Assembly: GCA_036488085.1 (NCBI GenBank)
Contig: DASXHZ010000089.1
Location: 5,578 to 69,577, forward strand
DNA: 64,000 nt
Direction: 5' to 3'
Origin: Thermoanaerobaculia bacterium
GTDB lineage: Bacteria; Acidobacteriota; Thermoanaerobaculia; Gp7-AA8
The notes under the pieces are model-generated. The model saw nothing but the letters and a program-made list of their open reading frames with translations, was not told the origin of the DNA and ran no database searches. Every line of letters starts with the position of its first letter. The first letter of the stretch is position 1. Shown here piece by piece: positions 1 through 10,437 of the stretch. The translations under genes and the position numbers were made by a program.

Positions 1-487
1 GAAAGAGATGCGGAAGTTCGGCGATGAGGTGAAGAAGTACCGGACCAAGCTTTACAAAGACGAGTATATGGAGCAGGTGCAGCCGTTTCCGTTCGTCGAG
101 CGGCTGTTCGAGACGTTGCGCGCGAAGAAGGTCCGGCTCGCGCTCGCGTCATCCTCGAACGAGGATGAGGTGGAGTACTATACGCGGCTCTTGAACGCCG
201 AGAAGTTCATCGAAGGGTCGACTTCGAAGAGCGACGCGCAGTTCTCGAAGCCGTCGCCGGAGATCTTCGAGGCCGCGCTTCAGCGCGCCGGCAGCGATCC
301 GAAGTACACGTTCGTGGTCGGCGACACGCCGTACGACATTCTGGCCGCGCATCGCATCGCCATGCCGGTCATCGCGGTGCTTTCCGGCGGCTTCGAGCGC
401 AACCTCCTCGCGAAAGCTGAATTCGTATTCAACGATGCGGGCGAGATCGGCGACAAATTTGACGACATAGGGGCCTGGTTTGAGTGA
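1..487 (+). CDS. HAD-superfamily hydrolase, 5'-truncated at window edge
   Basis: ORF 8..487 carries HAD motifs (VVGDTPYDI, SSSNEDE) but has no N-terminal DxDGT motif, so the gene starts upstream of the window. Confidence 0.65.
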   Translation, partial: KEMRKFGDEVKKYRTKLYKDEYMEQVQPFPFVERLFETLRAKKVRLALASSSNEDEVEYYTRLLNAEKFIEGSTSKSDAQFSKPSPEIFEAALQRAGSDPKYTFVVGDTPYDILAAHRIAMPVIAVLSGGFERNLLAKAEFVFNDAGEIGDKFDDIGAWFE

Positions 488-1586
488 AGTACATCGCCGA
501 TCGATCATCGTCGACGGTCATTGCGACACCCCGTACCGCGTTCTGCGGCGAAACATCCACATCGACGAACACGACACCGAGGCGCAGTGCGACCTGCGGT
601 CGCTGGAGGAGAGCGGCATCACCGCATCCTTTTTCGCCGCCTACGTGCCGCCCGCATACGCCGAGCGCGGCGCCGCGGCGCTCGCTTACCGGCTGTTCGA
701 CATCATCAAAGAGGAAGTCGGCCGAAGCGACGGAAGGCTCGCGTTCTGCACCGATTCCGCGGGCATTCGCACGGCGAAACGAGACGGCCAGATCGCGATC
801 CTGATCGGGGTCGAGGGCGGCCACGCCATCGAAGACTCGCTCGACACGCTGCGCGACTTCTACAAGCACGGCACGCGCTACATGACGCTCACGCACGTCA
901 ACACGAACAACTGGTGCGACTCGTCAGGTGATGCGGGCCGCCACGGCGGCCTGACGCCGTTCGGCCGCGACGTCGTCCGCGCGATGAACGACCTCGGCAT
1001 GATCGTCGACGTGTCGCACATCAGCGACCGCGCGTTCGATCACGTCATCGAGACGACGCGCGTGCCAGTAGTCGCCACCCACTCCTCCTGCCGCGCGCTC
1101 TGCAGCCATCCACGCAACATGACCGACGCCATGCTCCGCGACCTCGCGAAGAACGGCGGCGTCTGCATGATCAACTTCTTCTCCGCATTCATCAGCGAAG
1201 AGGTGGCTCAGGTCCTCGTGAAAGCACAGAAGCGGCCGAAGAAGGTCGGCAGCGGAACCGGAGGCACCGAGGAGCTGCCGGATGACCGCACGGACTGGGA
1301 TGAGTACCTCGAGTGGTTCCGCTCCCTCGGGTCACCCCACGCCACGATCGATCAGGTCGTCGACCACATCGTGCACGCGGCAACGGTCGCGGGCGTCGAG
1401 CATGTTGGCATCGGCAGCGATTTCGACGGCGTCCCGGCACTTCCGCAGGGTCTCGACACCGCCGCTTCACTCCCCCGCCTTACGGATCGCATGATCGAGC
1501 GCGGTATCAGCGACACAGACATCGAAAAGATCCTCGGCGCGAACTTCCTTCGCGTTTTCGAAGCGATCGAGGGCGCCGGGCAGTGA
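480..1586 (+). CDS. membrane dipeptidase, peptidase family M19
   Basis: DGHCD, LIGVEGGHAI and LTHVNTNNW motifs typical of renal-dipeptidase family. Confidence 0.85.
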   Translation: MSEVHRRSIIVDGHCDTPYRVLRRNIHIDEHDTEAQCDLRSLEESGITASFFAAYVPPAYAERGAAALAYRLFDIIKEEVGRSDGRLAFCTDSAGIRTAKRDGQIAILIGVEGGHAIEDSLDTLRDFYKHGTRYMTLTHVNTNNWCDSSGDAGRHGGLTPFGRDVVRAMNDLGMIVDVSHISDRAFDHVIETTRVPVVATHSSCRALCSHPRNMTDAMLRDLAKNGGVCMINFFSAFISEEVAQVLVKAQKRPKKVGSGTGGTEELPDDRTDWDEYLEWFRSLGSPHATIDQVVDHIVHAATVAGVEHVGIGSDFDGVPALPQGLDTAASLPRLTDRMIERGISDTDIEKILGANFLRVFEAIEGAGQ

Positions 1587-2368
1587 AGAAGATTGCCTCC
1601 CTCGCCGTCATTCTCGCGCTCACGTCCATCGCGCTGAGCGCTCAGACTCTTCCGAGCGGCACGCAACGCATCCTCCTTCCCATCCGTCCCCTCTACGTCC
1701 CTGGCGCCCTGGGTTCGGCGTGGCTCACGGAGGTGGGCCTCGCGAACCACGGCGATTCCGCGCTCACCGTGTATGGCGTCCCGCCGTGTACCACCGAGGG
1801 GTGTCCGTCATTCGTACAACTGGCACCGCATTCCACCGGCTGGGCGGGGCTGATCGGCGGCCAATGTTCGTCGCAGGGAATGCTGCTGGCGGTCGACAGT
1901 TCGCGTGCCACCGACCTCGCACTGACGGAACGGACGCACGATACTTCCCGCGACGCGAACGCCTGGGGCGTAATGGTGCCGATCGTGCGCGACGATCAGA
2001 TGCCGCCGCTTCGCTTCTCGCTCGTCGACGTTCCGATGGATCCGCGGTTCCGGGTGATGTTGCGCGTCTACGACATCGATCCCACCAAACCGCCGTCCGT
2101 TCGCGTCCGAGCCTACGCGGAAAACTACCCTGACGGCGGCGGGCACGCCGACACACTTCTGACCGAATTCACGCCGACGTTCGCGTCGAATGGGCAGGCA
2201 TTCTGCGTCGCCTCGGCCGAGATCCTCGTTTCCAACGATCCGCTGATCAACGCCGCACCGAGGGTACGGTTCGAAATCGAGTCGATCGACGGACGCCGCG
2301 ACTACTGGGCCTTCGCGTCGGTCACGAACAACGATACGCAGGAAGTGAGCGTCATCGCGCCGCAGTGA
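1583..2368 (+). CDS. hypothetical secreted protein
   Basis: GTG start overlapping upstream stop; N-terminal signal peptide KKIASLAVILALTSIALSAQ; GC3-rich codon usage. Confidence 0.5.
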   Translation: MKKIASLAVILALTSIALSAQTLPSGTQRILLPIRPLYVPGALGSAWLTEVGLANHGDSALTVYGVPPCTTEGCPSFVQLAPHSTGWAGLIGGQCSSQGMLLAVDSSRATDLALTERTHDTSRDANAWGVMVPIVRDDQMPPLRFSLVDVPMDPRFRVMLRVYDIDPTKPPSVRVRAYAENYPDGGGHADTLLTEFTPTFASNGQAFCVASAEILVSNDPLINAAPRVRFEIESIDGRRDYWAFASVTNNDTQEVSVIAPQ

Positions 2369-2391
2369 TGCCTAAGAGATAATCGCGCGCA

Positions 2392-5300
2392 ATGAAACGC
2401 ACGCTGGTTCTTCTCTCAGCCTGTCTCACCCTCTCGGCCCACGCAATGGAATGGCGCGGCATCGGGCCGTTCCGCGGCGGACGCACCGTTGCGGCGGTAG
2501 GCGTGCCGCAGCAGCCGAACGTCTTCTACATCGGCGTCAACAACGGCGGCGTCTGGAAGACGACCGACTACGGGCGCATCTGGATGCCGATCTTCGACGA
2601 CCAGCCGACCGGCTCGGTCGGCGCGATCGCCGTCGCTCCGTCCGATCCGAACGTCATTTACGTCGGCAGTGGCGAAGGACTGCAGCGCCCCGACCTCTCG
2701 ACCGGCGACGGCATCTACAAATCGACTGATGCCGGAAAGACGTGGGCGCACCTCGGGCTCCGCGACGGCCAGCAGATCCCGATGATCAGCGTCGATCCGC
2801 ACGACGCGAACCGCCTCTTCGTCGCCGTCCTCGGCCACCCGTACGGCCCGAACGAGGAGCGCGGCATCTTCCGTTCGACCGACGGCGGCAAGACCTTCGA
2901 GAAGGTCCTCTACAAGAACGAAAACGTCGGCGGCGTCGACGTCCTCTTCGATCCGTCGAACGCACAGACCGTCTACGCGGTCCTGTGGGAGCAGCGGCAA
3001 GGCCCGTGGGAAAACGGCTCCTTCCGCGGCAACGGCAGCGGCTTCTTCAAGTCGACCGACGGCGGATCGACCTGGAAACAGATCACCAACGGCCTGCCGG
3101 GATCGGACGACGGCCTCTCGCGCATCGGCCTCGGCAACTCACCTGCTGATCCGAAGCGCCTGTACGCCGTCGTCAACGCGACGAAGAAGGCAGGCGTGTA
3201 TCGCTCCGACGACGAGGGCGAGAGCTGGCACCTGATGAATGACGACGGCCGTCTCGTCGGCTACGGCGGAGACATGAACGAGATCCGCACCGATCCGAAG
3301 AACGCGGATGTCGTTTACATCGCCGCAGTGGCGTCATGGAAGTCGACCGACGGCGGCAAGACGTGGGGGATGTTCCGCGGGGCGCCGGGCGGCGACGACT
3401 ACCACCGCTTCTGGATCAATCCGGACAACCCGAACATCATCCTGCTCGCGGCCGACCAGGGAGCCGTGATCACGGTGAACGGCGGCGAGAGCTGGAGCTC
3501 CTGGTACAACCAACCGACCGCGCAGTTTTACCACGTGAGTACCGACAACGCGTTTCCGTACCGCGTCTGCGGCGGACAGCAGGAGAGCGGGTCAGCGTGT
3601 GTGGCGAGCCGCGGCGATGACGGAGAGATTACCTTCCGCGAGTGGCACCCGGTCGGCGCGGAGGAGTATGGATACGTCGTCGCCGATCCACTGAATCCCG
3701 ACATCGTCTTCGGCGGCAAGGTGTCGCGGTACGACCGCCGCACCGATCAGGTGAACGAAGTCGGACCGATGCCGCTGCGCGGCAAGAGTTACCGCACGCT
3801 CCGGACGATGCCGATCGTCTTCTCGCCGACCGATCCGCACGTCCTCTACTTCGCGTCGAACACGGTTTGGAAGACATTGAACGGCGGGCAGTCGTGGAGC
3901 GAGATCAGCCCCGACCTGACGCGTTCGACGTGGAGCGTCCCGGCGAACGTCGGCATCTACGCGAACAGTCCCGGCGCGAAACCGACGCAGCGCGGCGTCA
4001 TCTACGCGCTCGCACCGTCGCCGCTGGACGGAAATCGTATCTGGGCGGGGACTGATGACGGCCTGATTCAGGCCACGATCGATGGCGGCAAGAACTGGAC
4101 GAACGTCACGCCGAAGGAGCTCGTACCGTTCGCGAAGGTGTCGATCCTCGAGGCGTCGCACTTCCACGCCAGCGAGGCGTACGCGGCGATCAATACCTTG
4201 CGCCTCGACGACCTCCGGCCGCACATCTACCGCACGAAAGACGGCGGGAAAAGCTGGGTGCACGTCACGAACGGCATTCCCGACGGCGCAAACGTCAACG
4301 TCGTCCGCGAAGACCCGAAGAAGGAAGGTCTCCTCTTCGCCGGCAGCGAGACGCAGGTTTACGTCTCGTTCGACGACGGCGACCACTGGGAGTCGTTGCG
4401 CCTCAACATGCCGGCGAGCTCGGTGCGCGATCTGGTCATCCACGAAGACGACCTGGTCGCCGGCACGCACGGCCGCGGCGCCTGGATCCTCGACGACATC
4501 GAGCCGCTGCGGCAGCACGGCGGTACGACCCGCCTCCTGAAACCGGCGCGAGCGTGGCGGTTCCGCTGGAACAAGAACACCGACACTCCCCTGCCGCCCG
4601 ACGAGCCGGCCGCACCGAATCCTCCGGACGGCGCGATCATCGACTACTACCTCGCCTCGCCCGCAAGTGCGGTCACGCTCGTGATTCTCGACGCCAACGG
4701 GAAGCTGGTTCGGAAGTACTCCAGCAGCGATCCGTCGCAGCCGCCCACGGAAACCGATTCGGTGCCGGCGTACTGGATCCGTCCGCCGCAGACGCTCGGA
4801 ACGACCGCCGGCCTGCACCGGTACGTGTGGGACCTCCACTACACGCCCGCTCCCGGCGTCGAGTCGACCTACCCTATCGCCGCGATCGCCCACAATACGG
4901 CGCCGGCGCCGACCTCGCCGTGGGTGATGCCGGGGACGTACAGCGTCAAGCTTACGGTCACAGTTGACGGGAACGCGAAGTCGTTCACCGAGCCGCTCAC
5001 GGTACGGATCGACCCGCGCGTGAAGACGCCGCGCGAGGGGCTGGAGCAACAGTCCCGGATCTCGAAGCAGATGTACGACGGCGTCGTCAGGGCAAACGCG
5101 GCGCTCGAAGAGCTGCACGCGCTGCGCAAAACTTTGTCGAAGGAGCTCGGTGCGAAAGCGGCGGAGATCGAAGGGGAGTCGCGCGGCGGCTTCGAATACA
5201 GCTTCCCGCGCCCCATCGGCGCGCCGCGTGAGACGCTGAGCAGCGTCTCGCACTCCATGCTCTCGATCATGAACCTCGCACAACAGGCCGACGTCACGCC

Positions 5301-5394
5301 GAGCCAGCAGCTCGAGGCTGCCGCCGCCGACCGGCAGAAAGCGTTGGAAGAAGTTTTGGGCCGTTTTGGCGAACTGAAGAAGCAGATTCATTAG
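2392..5394 (+). CDS. BNR/Asp-box repeat, sortilin(VPS10)-like beta-propeller protein (putative glycoside hydrolase)
   Basis: 1000-aa ORF with signal peptide and repeated S-x-D-x-G-x-T-W Asp-box motifs (STDAGKTW, STDGGKTF, STDGGSTW, STDGGKTW, TIDGGKNW, TKDGGKSW). Confidence 0.75.
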   Translation: MKRTLVLLSACLTLSAHAMEWRGIGPFRGGRTVAAVGVPQQPNVFYIGVNNGGVWKTTDYGRIWMPIFDDQPTGSVGAIAVAPSDPNVIYVGSGEGLQRPDLSTGDGIYKSTDAGKTWAHLGLRDGQQIPMISVDPHDANRLFVAVLGHPYGPNEERGIFRSTDGGKTFEKVLYKNENVGGVDVLFDPSNAQTVYAVLWEQRQGPWENGSFRGNGSGFFKSTDGGSTWKQITNGLPGSDDGLSRIGLGNSPADPKRLYAVVNATKKAGVYRSDDEGESWHLMNDDGRLVGYGGDMNEIRTDPKNADVVYIAAVASWKSTDGGKTWGMFRGAPGGDDYHRFWINPDNPNIILLAADQGAVITVNGGESWSSWYNQPTAQFYHVSTDNAFPYRVCGGQQESGSACVASRGDDGEITFREWHPVGAEEYGYVVADPLNPDIVFGGKVSRYDRRTDQVNEVGPMPLRGKSYRTLRTMPIVFSPTDPHVLYFASNTVWKTLNGGQSWSEISPDLTRSTWSVPANVGIYANSPGAKPTQRGVIYALAPSPLDGNRIWAGTDDGLIQATIDGGKNWTNVTPKELVPFAKVSILEASHFHASEAYAAINTLRLDDLRPHIYRTKDGGKSWVHVTNGIPDGANVNVVREDPKKEGLLFAGSETQVYVSFDDGDHWESLRLNMPASSVRDLVIHEDDLVAGTHGRGAWILDDIEPLRQHGGTTRLLKPARAWRFRWNKNTDTPLPPDEPAAPNPPDGAIIDYYLASPASAVTLVILDANGKLVRKYSSSDPSQPPTETDSVPAYWIRPPQTLGTTAGLHRYVWDLHYTPAPGVESTYPIAAIAHNTAPAPTSPWVMPGTYSVKLTVTVDGNAKSFTEPLTVRIDPRVKTPREGLEQQSRISKQMYDGVVRANAALEELHALRKTLSKELGAKAAEIEGESRGGFEYSFPRPIGAPRETLSSVSHSMLSIMNLAQQADVTPSQQLEAAAADRQKALEEVLGRFGELKKQIH

Positions 5395-5403
5395 ACTGCG
5401 CCG

Positions 5404-7431
5404 ATGCGAAAAGCGATCTCCGTCATCGTCATTGCTCTCGGCCTGGCGTTCACGGCGTCGGCACAGACGCCGACGACGCTCCACGGCGTCTACGTGGACG
5501 ACATCGACAAGAACGCGAACGCCTGCACCGACTTTTTCCAGTACGCGAACGGGTCGTGGCGAGCGGCGAATCCGATCCCGGCGTCAATGGATCGCTGGAG
5601 CCGGCGCTGGGCCGCGGGCGAGCAGAACAAGGATCAACTGAAGTCGATCCTCGACGATGAGTCGAAGCGCCACGACTGGCCAAAAGGCAGCATCGACCAG
5701 CAGATCAGCGACTTCTACGGCTCCTGCATGGACGAGGCGCGCATCAACGCCCTCGGTATCACGCCGGTCAAGCCGATCCTCGACGAGATCGACTCGATCA
5801 AGACCGGCACCGCGCTGCAGCAGACCATCACCAAGCTCCACGACCTCCAGGTCTTCTCGCCCTTCGGCATCACGGCGACCCCTGACAACCACAACCCGAC
5901 TCAGGTCATCGCGAAGATCTTCGCCGCCGGCCTTGGTCTGCCCGACCGCGACTACTACCTCAAGCCCGATCAGCGCTTCGTCGACGCGCGCGCGAAGTAC
6001 CGCGAGCACGTGGCGAAGATGTTCGAGCTCGCCGGCTATGCGCCGGCGGCGGCGAAACACGCGAGCGATACGGTCTTCGCCATGGAGACGCGACTCGCGA
6101 AGGCGCAGCTCGACAACGTGGCGCTGCGCGATCCATCAGCAACCGACCATAAGGTCTCCGTCGCCGCGCTCCAGAAGATGACGCCGAAGTTCAACTGGGA
6201 GCGCTACCTCGACCGGGAGCACATCGCGCACGCTGACCTCAACGTCGACCAGCCGAAGTTCATGGAAGAGGTCGAGCAGGAACTGACGACCGCTCCCCTC
6301 TCGGACTGGAAGACGTACCTGAAGTGGGGCGTGCTCAACGCCGCCGCCTCGGCGCTCTCAAAGCCGTTCGTCGACGAAGACTTCGCGTTCTACGGCGCGT
6401 ACCTCCGCGGGCAGAAGGAGATCAAGCCGCGGTGGAAACGCTGCGTCGAAACGGAAGACGGCCTTCTCGGCGAGGCGCTCGGCCAACGCTATGTCGAGCG
6501 CTACTTCCCGCCGGCCGCGAAGGCGCGCATACAGGGTCTGGTGAAGAACGTCCTCAGCGCCATGGGCGACACCATCCGCGACATCGACTGGATGGGGCCC
6601 GAGACGAAGAAGCATGCGTTCGAGAAGCTCGCGACGTTCAATCCGAAGGTCGGCTACCCCGACAAGTGGAAGGACTACAGTAGCGTCGTCATCACCCCCG
6701 ACGCCTACTTCAAGAACGTCATGGCGGGACTGCGCTTCGTCTCCGCGGACGATCGCACGCAGATCGGCAAGCCGACCGACCGCGGTCGATGGGGAATGAC
6801 GCCGCCGACCTCCAATGCCTATTACAACCCGCTGCTGAACGAGATCGTCTTTCCGGCCGGCATCCTGCAGCCGCCGGCGTTCGACGTGAACGCGGTCGAC
6901 GCCATCAACTACGGCGCGATCGGCGTGGTCATCGGACATGAGATCAGCCATGGCTTCGACGACCAGGGCGCGCAGTTCGACGCGACGGGACGCCTGAACA
7001 ACTGGTGGACGGCGGACGACATGAAGCGCTTCCACGAGCGGACCGACTGCGTAGTGCGCCAGTTCGATGACTACTTCATCGAGCCCGGCATCCATCACAA
7101 CGGAAAGCTGGTCCTCGGCGAGTCGATCGGCGACCTCGCGGGCGCGAAGATCGCCTACCGCGCCTTCCAGAAGGCGCAGCAGACGACGCCCGCGCCGACG
7201 CTCGACGGCTTCACGCCCGACCAGCAGTTCTTCATCGCCTGGGGGCAGTTCCGCGGCGACGAGATCCGCCCGCAGACACAGCGGATGATGATCCAGGGCG
7301 ATCCGCATCCGATCGCGAAGTACCGCGTGATCGGACCGCTGTCGAACCTCCCGGAGTTCGCGAAGGCGTTCGGCTGCGGCGCCGACTCGTCGATGGTCCG
7401 CCCGGCAGACAAGCGCTGCGTGGTTTGGTAG
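5404..7431 (+). CDS. M13 family zinc metallopeptidase (neprilysin/PepO-like)
   Basis: signal peptide, HEISHGFDDQG zinc motif, NAYY motif, C-terminal CVVW. Confidence 0.85.
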   Translation: MRKAISVIVIALGLAFTASAQTPTTLHGVYVDDIDKNANACTDFFQYANGSWRAANPIPASMDRWSRRWAAGEQNKDQLKSILDDESKRHDWPKGSIDQQISDFYGSCMDEARINALGITPVKPILDEIDSIKTGTALQQTITKLHDLQVFSPFGITATPDNHNPTQVIAKIFAAGLGLPDRDYYLKPDQRFVDARAKYREHVAKMFELAGYAPAAAKHASDTVFAMETRLAKAQLDNVALRDPSATDHKVSVAALQKMTPKFNWERYLDREHIAHADLNVDQPKFMEEVEQELTTAPLSDWKTYLKWGVLNAAASALSKPFVDEDFAFYGAYLRGQKEIKPRWKRCVETEDGLLGEALGQRYVERYFPPAAKARIQGLVKNVLSAMGDTIRDIDWMGPETKKHAFEKLATFNPKVGYPDKWKDYSSVVITPDAYFKNVMAGLRFVSADDRTQIGKPTDRGRWGMTPPTSNAYYNPLLNEIVFPAGILQPPAFDVNAVDAINYGAIGVVIGHEISHGFDDQGAQFDATGRLNNWWTADDMKRFHERTDCVVRQFDDYFIEPGIHHNGKLVLGESIGDLAGAKIAYRAFQKAQQTTPAPTLDGFTPDQQFFIAWGQFRGDEIRPQTQRMMIQGDPHPIAKYRVIGPLSNLPEFAKAFGCGADSSMVRPADKRCVVW

Positions 7432-7521
7432 ACGATTCACCACCGAGGCACAGAGATCACAGACAACCTCTCTGAGACCTCTGTGTCTGTGGTGAGTGCT
7501 CGTTTACAATTCCGACGACAA

Positions 7522-7941
7522 ATGCCTACCGAAGTCGAAAAGCTGCGGGAGACGGCGCGCAAGTTCTGGCGCGGCGAAGACATCTTCTGCGACCGGCATC
7601 CGGGCGTGAAGATGGCCGGCACCTTCGTCCAGACGACGTTCGCTGACCACATCTTCCTCACCTGCCCGAACGGCAAAGAGACCATCACCATCCCGCAGCG
7701 CCCGCGACAGGTGGAGTTCCACCCGCAGCAGGTGATCGGGATGGTCGAGAACATCCAGCGCGGCGACAGCAACCTCTGTTTCCGCTGCCAGGCGAAGCTC
7801 GAGATCGAGGCGGTCGAGAACCCCGCCACCGGCGTCACCGACTACACCTTCACCTGCACCCGCTGCCTCTCGTGGGGCCGCTGGATGGGGCATCCCGAAG
7901 CTGCAAAGATCGGCAATCCGAAGAAGAAGAAAGCGAGTTGA
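7522..7941 (+). CDS. small Cys-rich (zinc-ribbon-like) hypothetical protein
   Basis: GC3-rich ORF with CxxC pairs (CFRC, CTRC) plus further Cys/His residues; Lys-rich C-terminus. Confidence 0.45.
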   Translation: MPTEVEKLRETARKFWRGEDIFCDRHPGVKMAGTFVQTTFADHIFLTCPNGKETITIPQRPRQVEFHPQQVIGMVENIQRGDSNLCFRCQAKLEIEAVENPATGVTDYTFTCTRCLSWGRWMGHPEAAKIGNPKKKKAS

Positions 7942-7997
7942 AAGTCGAGGTAGGGAATTACCCTTCTCCATCACTCCTTTATTGACGCGATCAGCAT

Positions 7998-8285
7998 ATG
8001 CAGCAGCGAAGCGGGGCCGAAACCGCCATCGAAGTCCTGGAGTGGGTTGATACCCGACCCCTCTCCAGTCTCGTCGCGAGCTTCGCGCGAGTGCACATCC
8101 TCCTCTCCGTTTTCAACGGCAACGCCGATGCGTGGCTCGCGATGATCGCGAGCAGCGGGACGGACGAAGAGGTCGTGAGTGACGCCCCATTCCTGACGGC
8201 ACTCAAGCGCCGACTCGTCGCGGAGCCGCACCTGATCGACGACCTGCGCACCGCAGTGCAGCAATTCGCCGAGCTGATGACATAG
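7998..8285 (+). CDS. hypothetical small protein
   Basis: 95-aa ORF with native codon bias immediately upstream of ndh. Confidence 0.35.
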   Translation: MQQRSGAETAIEVLEWVDTRPLSSLVASFARVHILLSVFNGNADAWLAMIASSGTDEEVVSDAPFLTALKRRLVAEPHLIDDLRTAVQQFAELMT

Positions 8286-8300
8286 ACTCCGCGCGCTGCG

Positions 8301-9560
8301 ATGCAGTCGCAAACTCCGCACGTCGTCATCATCGGCGGCGGCTTCGCCGGACTCTATGCCGCCCGCGCCCTCCGTCGCGCACCTGTGCGCATCACGCTGG
8401 TCGACCGTCACAACTACCACCTCTTCCAGCCGCTGCTCTACCAGGTTGCAACTGCCGCGTTGAATCCCAGCGACATCGCGGCGCCGATCCGCAGCATCCT
8501 TCGAGCGCAAAACAACGTTTCCGTCCTCCTCGGCGAGGCCGTGTCGATCGATCCCGCTCGAAAGATCGTCTCGCTCGCAGACGGTGCGGAGCTGGCCTAC
8601 GACTACCTTCTTCTCGCCACCGGAGCGACCCATTCGTACTTCTCGCATCCGGAGTGGGAGCCGAACGCTCCCGGCTTGAAGTCGATCGACGACGCCCTGG
8701 AGATCCGCCGCCGCGTGCTCCTCGCCTTCGAGGCGGCGGAGCGGGAGGAGGACGAAGCGCAACGCAACGCGCTGCTGACGTTCGTCATCGTCGGCGCGGG
8801 GCCGACCGGCGCGGAGCTCGCCGGAGCCCTCTCGGAGATCGCAAGGCAGACGATGCTCCGCGATTTCCGCCACATCAATCCGTCGAGCGCCCGCATCATC
8901 CTCATCGAAGGAAAGGAGCGCGTCCTACCGACGTATCCGCCCAGCCTTTCGAAAAAGGCGCAACGGCAGCTCGAGCATCTCGGCGTCGAGGTGATCACGA
9001 ACAGCGTGGTCACGTCGCTGAGTGACCGCGACGTCCGCATCGGCGAAAAGACCATCCCGACGCGCACCGTCCTCTGGGCTGCCGGCGTGAAGGCCTCGCC
9101 GCTCGCGCGCTCGCTCAGCGTCCCGCTGGACCGCGCGGGACGCGTCATGGTGAATCCCGATTTGACGATTCCTGGCCACCCGGAGGTCTTCGTCGCCGGC
9201 GACCTCGCGGCAGTCAGCGACGCTCCCGGCGTCGCTCCCGCCGCCATCCAGGAAGGAAACCACACTGCGGGGAACATCGAACGGGCGATCGCCGGCAAGC
9301 CGCTGCGTCCCTTCCACTACTTCGACAAAGGCTCGCTCGCGACGATCGGCCGCGCCGCCGCGGTCGCGGACATCCGCGGGCTGAAGCTCTCCGGTTTCAT
9401 CGCCTGGTTCGCGTGGCTGACGATCCACATCTTCTTCCTGATCGGGTTCCGAAACCGCTTCCTGGTCATCACGCAGTGGGCGTGGGCGTACGTGACCTAC
9501 CAGCGCGGGGCGCGCCTGATCACCGGCGACCCTGCAACCCCGCGGCGTCCATTTCCGTAG
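8301..9560 (+). CDS. ndh: type II NADH:quinone oxidoreductase (NDH-2)
   Basis: HVVIIGGGFAGL dinucleotide fold, second VIVGAGPTGAE fold, C-terminal membrane-anchor helices. Confidence 0.85.
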   Translation: MQSQTPHVVIIGGGFAGLYAARALRRAPVRITLVDRHNYHLFQPLLYQVATAALNPSDIAAPIRSILRAQNNVSVLLGEAVSIDPARKIVSLADGAELAYDYLLLATGATHSYFSHPEWEPNAPGLKSIDDALEIRRRVLLAFEAAEREEDEAQRNALLTFVIVGAGPTGAELAGALSEIARQTMLRDFRHINPSSARIILIEGKERVLPTYPPSLSKKAQRQLEHLGVEVITNSVVTSLSDRDVRIGEKTIPTRTVLWAAGVKASPLARSLSVPLDRAGRVMVNPDLTIPGHPEVFVAGDLAAVSDAPGVAPAAIQEGNHTAGNIERAIAGKPLRPFHYFDKGSLATIGRAAAVADIRGLKLSGFIAWFAWLTIHIFFLIGFRNRFLVITQWAWAYVTYQRGARLITGDPATPRRPFP

Positions 9561-9567
9561 ACCGTAC

Positions 9568-10437
9568 ATGCGCGTACTGAAGTCGATCGGGGCATTCGTC
9601 CTCTACATCGTCGCGACCGAGTTCCTCCACGGCGCCCTGCAGACCGCGATCGTAAGGGGCCACCTCTACACGCCGGGCGAAGGCTTCACCGCTCCCGACT
9701 TCATCGTGAGCGACGGCATCGGCATCATCGCCGCGACACTGATCGCCTGGATCTTCGCGATCATCGAGAAGCGCCGCGTCACCGATTACGGCATTCCGCC
9801 GCGCCGCAACGCGCTCCCGCAGGCGCTCGAAGGGTTCGTGTGGGGCACCGCGGTTCCGGTCGTCGTGGCGATCATCGTGATCGCACTCGGCGGGGGAACC
9901 TACCGCGGCTTTGCGATCCACGGTGAGGCGCTGCTTCGCGGCGCCGGGATCTGGCTACTCACGATGTTCGTCCTCGGCTTTTACGAGGAGTGGGCGTTCC
10001 GCGGGTATGCCTTCGACGTTCTCAAGCGCGGCATCGGCTTCTGGCCGACGGCGATCGTGAACGCCGTCGGATTCGGCGCGCTCCATTACTTCCTGAAAGG
10101 ACCGATGGAGAGCGTGGCCGACTTCGCCGGCGTCGCGCTCATCACGCTCTTCATGTGCGTCACCATCGGCCGCACCGGCGCGCTCTGGTTCGCGATCGGC
10201 TTCCATGCCGCGTTCGACTACTTCGCCCTCATCGTGCTCGCGGCACCGAATACGGGAAACAACGGCAAGCCGATCGAGGGACACCTGCTCGACATCCGCT
10301 ACACCGGCGCAAGCTGGCTCACCGGCGGCGTCTGCGGCCTGGAGGCGAGCGTGCCGATGCTCGTCGTCGTCGTGATCGCGATCGCGCTCTACCTCATGCG
10401 AACCAGATCGACCACGAGTTCACCTGCATCTTCGTGA
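9568..10437 (+). CDS. CPBP family intramembrane metalloprotease (CAAX/Abi-like)
   Basis: multi-TM protein with EEWAFRG and FGALH motifs. Confidence 0.75.
   Translation: MRVLKSIGAFVLYIVATEFLHGALQTAIVRGHLYTPGEGFTAPDFIVSDGIGIIAATLIAWIFAIIEKRRVTDYGIPPRRNALPQALEGFVWGTAVPVVVAIIVIALGGGTYRGFAIHGEALLRGAGIWLLTMFVLGFYEEWAFRGYAFDVLKRGIGFWPTAIVNAVGFGALHYFLKGPMESVADFAGVALITLFMCVTIGRTGALWFAIGFHAAFDYFALIVLAAPNTGNNGKPIEGHLLDIRYTGASWLTGGVCGLEASVPMLVVVVIAIALYLMRTRSTTSSPASS

Noticed and set aside
3592-5484. 630-aa minus-strand ORF opposite the BNR/sortilin gene, with similar long antisense ORFs at 6358-7443, 19319-21304, 24131-26539, 26543-27925, 30663-32906, 44766-45878, 46059-48056, 48786-51899, 49403-51829 and 52712-54319
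   Set aside because: These are shadow ORFs typical of 68% GC DNA. They are Arg/Ala/Pro-rich low-complexity translations with no recognisable domains. They overlap strongly supported genes on the other strand.
7437-7482. CACAGAGA...TCTGTGTCTGTGG inverted repeat after the M13 peptidase stop as an intrinsic terminator
   Set aside because: The stem is imperfect and there is no U-tract. It may be a weak terminator but was not called as a feature.
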